A DNA stretch of 64,000 nt from Candidatus Sumerlaeia bacterium (GTDB lineage: Bacteria; Sumerlaeota; Sumerlaeia; SLMS01), in the NCBI GenBank assembly GCA_038208905.1, contig JBBQYG010000001.1, positions 1-64,000 of the forward strand, in the 5' to 3' direction. This document shows, in pieces, positions 47,712 to 56,717 of this stretch (positions within the stretch are counted from its first letter, which is position 1; every line of letters starts with the position of its first letter). The notes beneath the pieces were generated by a model. That model made no database searches. It worked only from the letters and a program-made list of their open reading frames with translations, and was not told where the DNA came from. The position numbers were made by a program, and so were the translations under genes.

Positions 47712-49838
47712 TCAACGTGATTCCTCCGACCCCGCGACAAACTCCGCCATCGAGGTGGGAAGTTCGAGCGCGGCGACGACGCGCTCCACCGCCAGCAGCC
47801 GCATCGCGTGGTTGACGGGAAGGCCGCGGCACTCCTCCGGGAGCAGGTCGCCGGGCCCGGCGGATAGCGTCCGGATTGGCGGTGGCTCCTCGCCCTCCAG
47901 CCTCGGCAGCGGCCCCCAGCGATGCTGACCCGTCATGCCGAAAAGCACCATCGCTGGCGCACCAACCGCCTGGGCCAGATGGGCGGGACCCGAGTCGCAC
48001 CCAACAAAGAAGAGCGCACCCGCAAGTAACGCCGCCAACTCGTCCGAATCCAACGCGCCATGCAGGCTGTGGCACCACGGGCGCTTGCGCAGCGGACCGG
48101 CCAGCGCCATGCGTCCCTCTCGCGAGCCGACAAGCAGCACCGGGAAGCCGCGAGCATGCAGCTCGTCGGCCAGTCCCAGAAAACTTGCGAGGGGCCAGAA
48201 CTTGTCCCGGCTGTCGGCCTCCACATGGAGCACGGCGTAGGTCCCGGGGTCCGCACCGGCGCGCTCCAGTAAACGCGTGCGGCGTTCGAGGGCAGGGGCG
48301 CTCGGCAGGACGCGCGGGCGTTCCAGCCGGGCGGCGATCCCGAAGGGCGCCAGCAGGTCGAGGATCGCGGCGACCTCGGGCTTTTCCATGCTCTTGGCCA
48401 CCGGTGCGGCCAGCAGGTCGCCCCACACCTGCTCCTTCAGGCCGTTATCCCCCCGCCAGCCGACGACCGGCGCGCCGGCCTGCAGGAACAAGGGCGCCGG
48501 GGAAATTCCGTGGCAATATGCCAGCAGGACGACATCGGGCACGATGCAATCCAGGAACCGGGCGAATTGCCATGCGGCCCGGGGAGATCGCCCTCTCGCC
48601 GCATCGGGAACCTCGCGAACGCGCACGTTTTCGGGCACGTTTGCCCTCAACACCGGCGCCGAGACGGGGCCCGCCAGGAGGTCAATCCGCGTCCCGGGAA
48701 AAGCCAAAGCCAACTGCCCCACCATCGGGAGCGCCAGCACGGCGTCACCCAGCATATCGTGCAGCACCACTTGGATCCGGGCCGGGCTCTCACCCGCTTG
48801 GGGAATGGCGCGGTCACCCCGCGAGGCGTGGTGGGCGGCGGCGATTCCGGGGCGGATGGCCTGCTTGGCGGCGGAAGCGAGCGCTCGCGCGCCCTCCCCC
48901 AGCAGCATCCCAACTCGGTCCATCGGCGAGATGCGGGTGTCGGGGTCGTCCAGCGCGTATTCGAGGAAGGCCCACTGGCGCCGCGCCCAAACCGTCCGGC
49001 TTTCCCACGACTGACTCAGTGGGATCCCGCGGCGATAGGTGTCCTCCAGCGCACCGAATGGCGCGAAGGCGATATCTCGCGCGGCGGGGCGGATTTCCTC
49101 CACCAGGCGCTCGCGATTCCAGAAGCCCCGTCCGTCCTGACGGGCGCGCTCCCGGGCGCGGTCGCGGTTGATGCGGTTCAGCGGCAGGTGGTGCCAGACG
49201 AGGGCCGTGGGCTCGACGCCGACCGGGAGCCCCGCGCGGCGGAGCTCTCTCCAGAACTGGGAATCCTCGCGGCTGTACTCGTAGTTCCACGTGAGGGAAG
49301 ACTTGTCGGAGGTGATTTCGCGGAAGGGAAAGTCCGCGGCCAGGCGACGCTCGAAGATCAGGTTGGAGGTCGTGGGAATATCCAGCCGTCCGCCGAGCTT
49401 TCCGAAGAACGTGGGCGTGCTGCACCCGATGGTCCATGCGAGTTCGGGGGAGTACCAGTTGGGCGAGAGCATCTCCGCCGCGGGAAGGACAGCTCCACCG
49501 GCGGCCACCCATTGGTTGCGATCGAGGGCGGCGAGCAGGCGCTCCAGCCAGAACCGGTCAACCTCGCAATCATCGTCGATGAAGGCCACCAGCTCCGAGG
49601 TAGCCGCCGCGACGCCGGCGTTGCGGCACTCGGTGAAGGTGCCCTCGGGCCCGGGGATCACGCGGTGGGGAAAGGCGAAGCGCGCGGAGGCGAGATACTG
49701 CTCCGTGTCGTCGGTGGACTGATTGTTGACGATCACCACCTCAGCCGGAAGGGCGGTCCCCGACCCCAGCGCGCCCAGTGCCTGGGCCAGCAGCGCCCGC
49801 CGGTTGGCGGTCATGATGACGACGGAGACAGACCTCAT
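47712..49838 (-). CDS. GT2-GT9 glycosyltransferase fusion
   Basis: N-terminal GT2 (SVVIMT, RNAG, FIDDD, ED); C-terminal GT9 (LGDAVLALP, KFWP, VGCDSGPAHLA, LFG). Confidence 0.85.
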   Translation of the reverse strand: MRSVSVVIMTANRRALLAQALGALGSGTALPAEVVIVNNQSTDDTEQYLASARFAFPHRVIPGPEGTFTECRNAGVAAATSELVAFIDDDCEVDRFWLERLLAALDRNQWVAAGGAVLPAAEMLSPNWYSPELAWTIGCSTPTFFGKLGGRLDIPTTSNLIFERRLAADFPFREITSDKSSLTWNYEYSREDSQFWRELRRAGLPVGVEPTALVWHHLPLNRINRDRARERARQDGRGFWNRERLVEEIRPAARDIAFAPFGALEDTYRRGIPLSQSWESRTVWARRQWAFLEYALDDPDTRISPMDRVGMLLGEGARALASAAKQAIRPGIAAAHHASRGDRAIPQAGESPARIQVVLHDMLGDAVLALPMVGQLALAFPGTRIDLLAGPVSAPVLRANVPENVRVREVPDAARGRSPRAAWQFARFLDCIVPDVVLLAYCHGISPAPLFLQAGAPVVGWRGDNGLKEQVWGDLLAAPVAKSMEKPEVAAILDLLAPFGIAARLERPRVLPSAPALERRTRLLERAGADPGTYAVLHVEADSRDKFWPLASFLGLADELHARGFPVLLVGSREGRMALAGPLRKRPWCHSLHGALDSDELAALLAGALFFVGCDSGPAHLAQAVGAPAMVLFGMTGQHRWGPLPRLEGEEPPPIRTLSAGPGDLLPEECRGLPVNHAMRLLAVERVVAALELPTSMAEFVAGSEESR

Positions 49839-49920
49839 GGCGGGAGCATGGACCCGGGGCCCGCGAAGGGGAAGCGGAATCGCGGCGCCCGGGCGGCGCG
49901 GGGGATGCGGGAAGTGCGCC

Positions 49921-50026
49921 TACCACGAATGGACACTGATAGGCACGAATTCTCCCCGCCTGAACCCGATAGAGACCATGCCGCGTGCTCGCTTCCATTT
50001 GCGTTGATTTGTGTCCATTCGTGGTA
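49921..50026. repeat. 106-bp element with perfect 16-bp terminal inverted repeats and 11-bp internal periodicity
   Basis: TACCACGAATGGACAC (49921-49936) and GTGTCCATTCGTGGTA (50011-50026); CACGAAT-like units recur inside. Confidence 0.8.
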
Positions 50027-50123
50027 ACCTCCTCCCTGGCGGCATGGAGGCTTGACGGTCAGGCTCGCGGCTCCTTCACTGGGGGCCTGAAGCAAACCCG
50101 CCCCCTGCGAGAACCGACGCGCC

Positions 50124-52217
50124 TTGGCCCTGACCAGCAATCCCGACTACCGCATGATCGCCGCCGGGTCGGCGGCGGATGCGCGGGGTCCCTCGCTCTC
50201 CGTCGTCGTTCGCCTGGCGCGGGGCGCGGCCTATGTGGCCATCGCCGTGTTGATGGGTTACTTCCTCTCCGTTGGCACCATCGAGAGCCGGTCGTTCTAT
50301 CTGCTGGCCTTCGCGACCGGCTGGCTGAACCCGGTATGGAGCATCTACGCCCTGGCGATGATGGGGCCGACGTATCTCCTGGACCAGTCCAAGACACACC
50401 TGCTGGCGGGGATCGAGGTGTTCATCCTCGGCATGTTTGCCGGAGAACTTCGCCTGGTGGGGAGGCCGATCCGCGGCGCCAACGCGGAAGACCAACGCGA
50501 CGCCACGATGGACGTGGGCGGCGCGGCGCCACCGGTGTATTGGGGCGTATGGCCCCATTATCTGGTGGGACTGCTGCTGATGCTGGCGGCGTCCTCGCTG
50601 GTGGGGCTGCAACTGGTGGTCTTTCGCGAGAACGCGGGCGAGGCGCGCTTCTCCCAGAACAACCTGATCAACGGCCTGAGCCAGATGTTTTACTTCGCCG
50701 CGACAGCGCCGGAGTGGACGCTCAAGTCTCTCTGGAACTGGGCGACCGGCGCGCTGGTCGCCGTGATAGTCGCCCGCCGCGCGACGCCAATCATCGCGGC
50801 GCGATGGATGAAGATCGGCGGCGTGGCGCTGTTGGCGGCGTGCTTCTTTGGATTTCTGGAGTGGCGCGGATGGCTTTCGCTTCATCACGTGCGCGCGCCC
50901 AATCCCGATCCGCTCCACGCGGGGCGCTTTCAGGGCACCGCCGGCCACGCGGGCTGGTTTGCCCAGTGGATCGTGCTGATGTGGCCGGGCCTGCTGCTGT
51001 GGTGGGCGTGGGGGCGCGGAAAGCGCAACGTCGCCGTGGCCGGCGCGCTGGCGTTCGTGGCCATGGCGCTGGTGCTGACGGCGGCGCGCGCGGGATGGCT
51101 GGGCGCGATGGTGGGCGGGGCGCTGGGCGGCGTGTATCTCTTCGTCCACTACCCGGCGCTGCGGCGGCAACTGCCCAAGGTTCTCGCCATCGCAATCGCC
51201 ATCGCGGCGGTGGGCGTCTTCTTTGGCGGAGATGTGCTCTGGCACCGCGTGACGAATCTGCTGAGGGCGCAGGACCGCGCGAACTACTACGTTTCGGGGC
51301 TCCTTTTCCTCCGCGAACATCCCTTCGGCCTCGGCCTTGGCACGCACTTCCAGTTCTATGACTGGTGGATCAACCCCTCGTGGACGTGGGCGCAATTCGA
51401 CCATGTGGACTCCCACTCGATCTGGCTGCACACCTTCATCGAGAACGGCCCCTTCGTGCCGATGATGATCCTGGCGGGTCTCATTGGCACGGTGCTGGAA
51501 GTCCGCAAGTCGTGGGCGCTGATGGACGAGCACACCCGCGCCATCCTGGTGGCGCTGTGCCTGGCGCTGGCGGGAATCTTCACCGTGGGATTCGCCCAGT
51601 ACCTGCCGTATATACGCATTGTGGAGCTGTCGATCTGGATCGCCTTTGGCCTGCTGGTGGGTATTTGCCGCAAGAAGCGCGCGCGCCAGGCAGAGCCCGT
51701 GCAGAGCGCCCGCGGGCCGCGGCTCCTGCTGCTCTGCGGCGGCGGCGCCCTGCTGATGGCGAGCATGAACGCCCCGCGCGCCGTGACGAATTCGCTGCCA
51801 CGCGCCTACTCGAGGGAGAAGGACGGCGCCGTCTCCGTCTGGACGACGGGCGAGTGGCGCACGGTGGTGGATCGCGACATCGACCACATCGCGTTCTCGC
51901 TGTATCGCAAGGGCTATCCCGACCATAAGGTGAAGGGCCTCCCGGCGCATGGCGCGGTCACCTGGCCAGACGGGCGGCGCGAGACGTTCACGCTCCAGCC
52001 GGAGGAGTGGCGCTACTTCGAAATGCGCCGCGAGAGCCGCACGCCCGAGCGCTGGGCCGCGCCGGAGTTCCTCTCCATCGCCGTGACCCCGCTCTTTACT
52101 CCCGCCGAGTTCGACCCCGGGAGCGCCGACCGCCGGCAGCTTGGCGTCTATCTCAATGGCCTGACCTTCGAGTCGGAACGCCGCGAGAAGCGCGACGAGC
52201 CGATCTGGCGCTATTGA
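50124..52217 (+). CDS. O-antigen ligase (Wzy_C/WaaL) family membrane protein
   Basis: RFQGTAGH, LTAARAGWLG, HPFGLGLG, DSHSIWLHTFIENG. Start TTG 50124 or ATG 50154. Confidence 0.8.
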   Translation: MALTSNPDYRMIAAGSAADARGPSLSVVVRLARGAAYVAIAVLMGYFLSVGTIESRSFYLLAFATGWLNPVWSIYALAMMGPTYLLDQSKTHLLAGIEVFILGMFAGELRLVGRPIRGANAEDQRDATMDVGGAAPPVYWGVWPHYLVGLLLMLAASSLVGLQLVVFRENAGEARFSQNNLINGLSQMFYFAATAPEWTLKSLWNWATGALVAVIVARRATPIIAARWMKIGGVALLAACFFGFLEWRGWLSLHHVRAPNPDPLHAGRFQGTAGHAGWFAQWIVLMWPGLLLWWAWGRGKRNVAVAGALAFVAMALVLTAARAGWLGAMVGGALGGVYLFVHYPALRRQLPKVLAIAIAIAAVGVFFGGDVLWHRVTNLLRAQDRANYYVSGLLFLREHPFGLGLGTHFQFYDWWINPSWTWAQFDHVDSHSIWLHTFIENGPFVPMMILAGLIGTVLEVRKSWALMDEHTRAILVALCLALAGIFTVGFAQYLPYIRIVELSIWIAFGLLVGICRKKRARQAEPVQSARGPRLLLLCGGGALLMASMNAPRAVTNSLPRAYSREKDGAVSVWTTGEWRTVVDRDIDHIAFSLYRKGYPDHKVKGLPAHGAVTWPDGRRETFTLQPEEWRYFEMRRESRTPERWAAPEFLSIAVTPLFTPAEFDPGSADRRQLGVYLNGLTFESERREKRDEPIWRY

Positions 52218-52690
52218 TCGATCGTTCCGGAGCGACCGCCGGATTTGTGGCGGAGGCGGACGCGCTCGATCCGCATGTCGCGCTGCACCGACTTGAGCAT
52301 GTCGTAGAGCGTGAGCAGCGCGACGCTCACCGCCGTCAACGCTTCCATCTCCACCCCCGTCTTTCCCGCCAGCTTCACCGTGGCGCGAACACGGGCCGCG
52401 GAGGGCCGCGCGACCTCCTCGATGTCTATATCGATGGACGAGAGCGCCAGCGGATGGCAGAGCGGAATCAGCGACGCAGTGTTCTTCGCAGCCATGATTC
52501 CGGCGATGCGCGCCGCGGCCAGCGCGTCGCCCTTCCTTGACTTGCCGGAGAACAGCAGCAGCCGCGTTTCCGCCGACATCCGCAGTTCGCCTTCGGCCAC
52601 GGCGACGCGCTCGGTCACCGCCTTGCCTCCCACGTCCACCATGCGCGCGGCGCCCTGCTCGTCCAGATGGGTCATCAGCTTCTTTGCCAT
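52211..52690 (-). CDS. moaC: Cyclic pyranopterin monophosphate synthase MoaC
   Basis: THLDEQGAARMVDV, KGD, AGIMAAK, LIPLCH, TGVEMEAL, YDMLK, KSGG. Confidence 0.97.
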   Translation of the reverse strand: MAKKLMTHLDEQGAARMVDVGGKAVTERVAVAEGELRMSAETRLLLFSGKSRKGDALAAARIAGIMAAKNTASLIPLCHPLALSSIDIDIEEVARPSAARVRATVKLAGKTGVEMEALTAVSVALLTLYDMLKSVQRDMRIERVRLRHKSGGRSGTIDQ

Positions 52691-52691
52691 G

Positions 52692-53795
52692 CTAATCCTG
52701 CCTACTCCCCTGAAGGATGCGCATCACAAGCCGCCGCGAGAGCGCCTCGAACTCCGCCGTGGAATCCGTCAGCGACGCATTCGTGAGGAGCGCCATCGTC
52801 ATGCCCGACCGCGAGTCGATCCACAACAGGCATCCCGTATATCCCGTGTGATAGCGAATCCGCCCAGGGATCGACAGGTCCGGCGCGTAGGGAAGCGTGG
52901 TTGGCGAAATCATTCCGCCCTCTGTGATCCAGATGCTTCCGAATCCATCGCAGCGGGGCAGCGAAGTTGCGGGACCGAGCAGGAGGCGTCGCCACTCTCC
53001 GCGGGGGCCGCCGCTCTCCGCCTCCAACCGGGAAACGACGAGGGCGATGCTCTCCGCCGTGGCGAAGAGCCCACTGTGCGCGGGGAGGCCGACGCCGGAC
53101 TCCAGCATGAACGCGGCGAGGGGATCGTAGGGTTGGCCGGCAAGCGCATTGCCCGCCTTGTCCACGCCCGACACGGCGACCTGTGAGCTCTGTGACGGGG
53201 CGAACGTGATAGAATCCCCGCCCAGCGGATTCCAGAAATCGTCGCGCAGACGCTCCTCCTTGAACTCCGCCGCAAAGAGGCCAATAAGCACATAGCCGGA
53301 ATTCGCGTAGTGGTAGCATCCCCGATTCCGCACGCCCTTCAGCAGGGAGGACACCCCATCCGACAGGATCAGCTCGCGCAACGTCGGCATCAGCACCTCG
53401 TCGTCGAGCCCGCCGCGGTGCATGCGGAGAACACCAACCCGAGCATCGCCCGGGTGCTTCCCATCGAGCAGGATCGACAGCGGGACGCCGGCCAGAGGCT
53501 TCGCAAGCGAGGCCGTGTCGAAGAGCGTGGCGCGGTCGATGGGAGGAGACTTCTCCGCCATGCCAACGCTTCCAAACGTGTTTGAATAGACCAGCGCCCC
53601 GTTGTGCGCGATGGCGAGCTGGCCCCCGACGATGGGGCCCTCGCGATGAGCGCGCGCGATGTCGGCGTCGAGAGTTGCGAAGGTTCCATCCAGCAGGCCG
53701 TGATCGGCCTCGCGCGCAGCAATCAGATTGCCACGCCGTGTTGGCGCACAGGCGGTCGCCAGCATCGCGAGCAGCGCGACGAGGATCAGCCTCAC
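52692..53795 (-). CDS. Serine hydrolase (beta-lactamase/PBP family) lipoprotein
   Basis: GTG start overlapping the upstream stop; lipobox LATAC; FDTASLAK (SxxK), YANSGY, HSGLF, HTGYTG. Confidence 0.8.
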   Translation of the reverse strand: MRLILVALLAMLATACAPTRRGNLIAAREADHGLLDGTFATLDADIARAHREGPIVGGQLAIAHNGALVYSNTFGSVGMAEKSPPIDRATLFDTASLAKPLAGVPLSILLDGKHPGDARVGVLRMHRGGLDDEVLMPTLRELILSDGVSSLLKGVRNRGCYHYANSGYVLIGLFAAEFKEERLRDDFWNPLGGDSITFAPSQSSQVAVSGVDKAGNALAGQPYDPLAAFMLESGVGLPAHSGLFATAESIALVVSRLEAESGGPRGEWRRLLLGPATSLPRCDGFGSIWITEGGMISPTTLPYAPDLSIPGRIRYHTGYTGCLLWIDSRSGMTMALLTNASLTDSTAEFEALSRRLVMRILQGSRQD

Positions 53796-54874
53796 GGCAG
53801 CACCGTCGCCAGCCAGGGCTCGGCGCGCGTATAGACATCGCGCGGCGATAGTCCCGCAAGGCAGGCCATGTGGGCGTCGCCCTTCAGCGGACAAGTCCGC
53901 TCCCAGCAGGGCACGCACGCGAGATCGTCGCGCTGGATCGCGAGCTGATCCGCCGCGCCGCCGGTCCACGGATGATTTCGCTGTGCATCGGTTCCGCCAA
54001 AGAGCGTCAGCACCGGCACGCGAAACAACCCCGCCAGATGCGATGGTCCCGTATCGCTGCCGATGAAGAACTTGCAGAGCGAGATCAGCGACGCCATTTC
54101 GCGCACGCTCGTCGGCGGCGCGGCGAATGCGCGCTCCCTGGCGAGCAGCGATACGATCTCGTCGCGCATCGGCTCTTCCTTCGGTCCCCACAGCACGATG
54201 GGGCGCAGGCCGCTTCGCGCGGCGATGAGCCGTGCCAATTCGGCGAAGCGCGCGGGTGCCCAGCGCTTGCTGGCGAAACCCGCGCCGGGATTCACCGCGA
54301 GGAGGGGTTCGCCCTTCCAACCGGCCCCGCTCAGGCTCGCACCGATGGCCTCGCGCTCCGCGTCGCGAATGCCGATGCGGCCCCGCGGGGGGACGCGCGG
54401 CACCTCCAGGCCCAGGCCTTCCAGCAGGCGCAGGTTCTGCTGCGTCACATGCACGTCGCTGGCCTCGGGGCGGACGCGGCGGTTGTTGAAGAGGAAGTCC
54501 ACTTCCCGCGAGTTGGGCCCCGCGAATCCCACCCGAGTCCGCGCGCCACAGGCCCACGCCGCGAGGCCGCCTTTGGTGATCCCCTGCAAGTCCAGCGACG
54601 CGTCCCAGCCCTCCTCGCGAACTGCGCGAAAGAAGGGGCGGATCTCCGACCGGTACATCGCCCGGAATTTCCCGCGCCAGCGGCGCCGGGGGATTGTATA
54701 GACGCGGTCGAGGGCCGGGTGATTTTCGAGGAGTGGCGCGCTGAGCTCCTCCACGAGCCAACCGATGCGCGCGCCGGGGAGCTGATCCCGCAACGCATCG
54801 AGCACCGGAAGCGCATGGATCACGTCGCCAATGGCCGACAGCCGCACAACGAGAACGGAGGTAGGTTTCGTCAT
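53792..54874 (-). CDS. GT9 family heptosyltransferase (WaaC/WaaF-like)
   Basis: VRLSAIGDVIHALP, DLQG, NPGAGFASKRW, SDTGPSHLA, LFG. Confidence 0.92.
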   Translation of the reverse strand: MTKPTSVLVVRLSAIGDVIHALPVLDALRDQLPGARIGWLVEELSAPLLENHPALDRVYTIPRRRWRGKFRAMYRSEIRPFFRAVREEGWDASLDLQGITKGGLAAWACGARTRVGFAGPNSREVDFLFNNRRVRPEASDVHVTQQNLRLLEGLGLEVPRVPPRGRIGIRDAEREAIGASLSGAGWKGEPLLAVNPGAGFASKRWAPARFAELARLIAARSGLRPIVLWGPKEEPMRDEIVSLLARERAFAAPPTSVREMASLISLCKFFIGSDTGPSHLAGLFRVPVLTLFGGTDAQRNHPWTGGAADQLAIQRDDLACVPCWERTCPLKGDAHMACLAGLSPRDVYTRAEPWLATVLP

Positions 54875-54882
54875 TCCGTGGA

Positions 54883-56562
54883 TCAGCGGAGGTGGAAGCC
54901 CGTGCGGTGTGGGACGAATGGTTCCGCGGGGTGGGCCTTGGTCTGAACGCGGAGGCACCGCAGGAAATTCAGCAAGTCCTCCTGCTCGCTGGCGGAGAGC
55001 GCCTTGAAGATTGCCACGGAGCTGTTGGCCTCGCTTCCCTCGCCCGCGTGCATCACCACCGCCTCGCGCAGCGTGGTCGCGCGCCCATCGTGCAGCCACG
55101 GCCCCGTGTCGGCCACGCCCCACAGGGGCCGCGTCACGAAGAGATCGGGCTCCACCGTGAGCGAGCGCATCTCTGTCCGCTGGGGAACGATGTCAGCCAG
55201 TTCGGCGCCCATGCGGTGACGGCGGAGGTCGCTGAAGAGCGGGACGTCGATGGTGCCATCGGCATTGTGGGGCAGGCGGGGCAGCGCCTCGTCGGGCATG
55301 TCCTCGCTGTTGAGGTCGAATGTATACCCCGTGGGCCGCTCGTCGGCGCCCTTCCGCAGGGCATGGGTGCGCTGAACCACGGGGGCGAGGTTCTCCGAGA
55401 GGAACTCCCCGGGCACCATCGGCGGCATCTCGCCCTCGACCTGCTTGAAGACGGAAACGAACTCGGCGGATTTGCGGAAGGGCTGTTCGCGGATCGCGAG
55501 CTCGCGCGGGTCCAGAATCGTGACGCGCGGGTCGCGAATGCGCAGGCTGGGCACATGGCATACAGTGCAGCCAACTGTGTCCATCAACGCGCGGCCACGC
55601 GCCGTGGAGGCACTATCCAACTGGCGTTCGTCCACCGCGGGCGGGCGCATCGCGGCGAGGAAGATCGCGATGGCCGAAACCTCGCCCTCCAGCATTTCGT
55701 GATAGGCGCCCTGGGCGTCGTCGTCGATGAAGCCGCGCTCCAGCAGTTCGCGCGGCTGGATGGCGAAATGGAAGTTCACCGCACCGGCGATGAAGTTGCG
55801 CAGCGACGAGGCGATGCCCTTGAACTGAAAGGGCCGCACGACCATGTCCAGGCTGACGCCCTGGACTTCCGACCGGTCGAGCGCCCCCACCGAACTCGCC
55901 GTGATGTATCCGAAGCCGACTCCCTTGGAGACGAGGGCCTTGCGCGACGGCACACCCGTCGCCACCGCCTCTCGCAATGCCTCGTCGGCGATATCGAGCA
56001 GGTCCGAAGTCATTTCGTCGGAGAGGCGCTGTATATACCCTAGCCCGAAATTGTGGGGCGGGTTGCGGACGATGCCCCGCGTCATGTCGTCGGGTTCCTC
56101 GAAGATGAACACGTTGGCGGAAAACCCCGCGCCGGAGCCAATGCTCCCCGATTCGCGCGGCATCGAGAGGTCGCCGTGCCTTGTGGAACCCATGGCGCTG
56201 TGGCACTCGAAGCAGCCCTGTGCGTCGAGGCCGTTGAACCGCAGGAACGGCGAAATTGTCCCCCCCGCAAGCGAGAGCTTCCTTCTGCGCGGACCCGTCG
56301 GGCCTTCCCCGAATCCGTCGTCGGTTGTGTAGCGGTTCGTGTACAGATGCATCCCGCGATAGAACAGCGTCGGCAGGTCCACCGTTCCCGCGTTGATGTC
56401 GTCCTGGGCCGTCAGGACGCCGGGCTTCAGCACGCCATCGTGTGGATGGGGCAGCGTCGGCACCGGGTCGTCGGGCCGCGTGCCGCCGTCATAGGCGGCA
56501 CCCGCCGGGGAACCGGCGAGGAGAAGGCCAAGGGCGATGCAGGAAAGGGATCGAAAGGCCAT
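54883..56562 (-). CDS. Exported di-heme protein (DHOR/DUF1111-like)
   Basis: Signal peptide; two CxxCH motifs (CFECH, CTVCH); RNPPHNFGLG, LFSDLRRH.MG, TRPLWGV, WLHDGRA..L.EAV.MH.GE. Confidence 0.85.
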   Translation of the reverse strand: MAFRSLSCIALGLLLAGSPAGAAYDGGTRPDDPVPTLPHPHDGVLKPGVLTAQDDINAGTVDLPTLFYRGMHLYTNRYTTDDGFGEGPTGPRRRKLSLAGGTISPFLRFNGLDAQGCFECHSAMGSTRHGDLSMPRESGSIGSGAGFSANVFIFEEPDDMTRGIVRNPPHNFGLGYIQRLSDEMTSDLLDIADEALREAVATGVPSRKALVSKGVGFGYITASSVGALDRSEVQGVSLDMVVRPFQFKGIASSLRNFIAGAVNFHFAIQPRELLERGFIDDDAQGAYHEMLEGEVSAIAIFLAAMRPPAVDERQLDSASTARGRALMDTVGCTVCHVPSLRIRDPRVTILDPRELAIREQPFRKSAEFVSVFKQVEGEMPPMVPGEFLSENLAPVVQRTHALRKGADERPTGYTFDLNSEDMPDEALPRLPHNADGTIDVPLFSDLRRHRMGAELADIVPQRTEMRSLTVEPDLFVTRPLWGVADTGPWLHDGRATTLREAVVMHAGEGSEANSSVAIFKALSASEQEDLLNFLRCLRVQTKAHPAEPFVPHRTGFHLR

Positions 56563-56717
56563 GGTACGGGGTCGCAAGGATGTATCGGATGCTGGTCGAA
56601 AACAAACGAAGTCTAGGCGGCCCGCATTGTCACGGGCAATCTGGATTGAGGCCATGTTGGGCGTCGGAAATCCGGGATTGCTCGGGAGGGGCGATCAAAT
56701 GGATGCTGGCCTCCGCC

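Noticed and set aside
53796-54761. 689-aa ORF suggesting a long N-terminal extension of the serine hydrolase
   Set aside because: The extension overlaps the GT9 gene in another frame. The real start is the GTG at 53795, followed by a lipoprotein signal.
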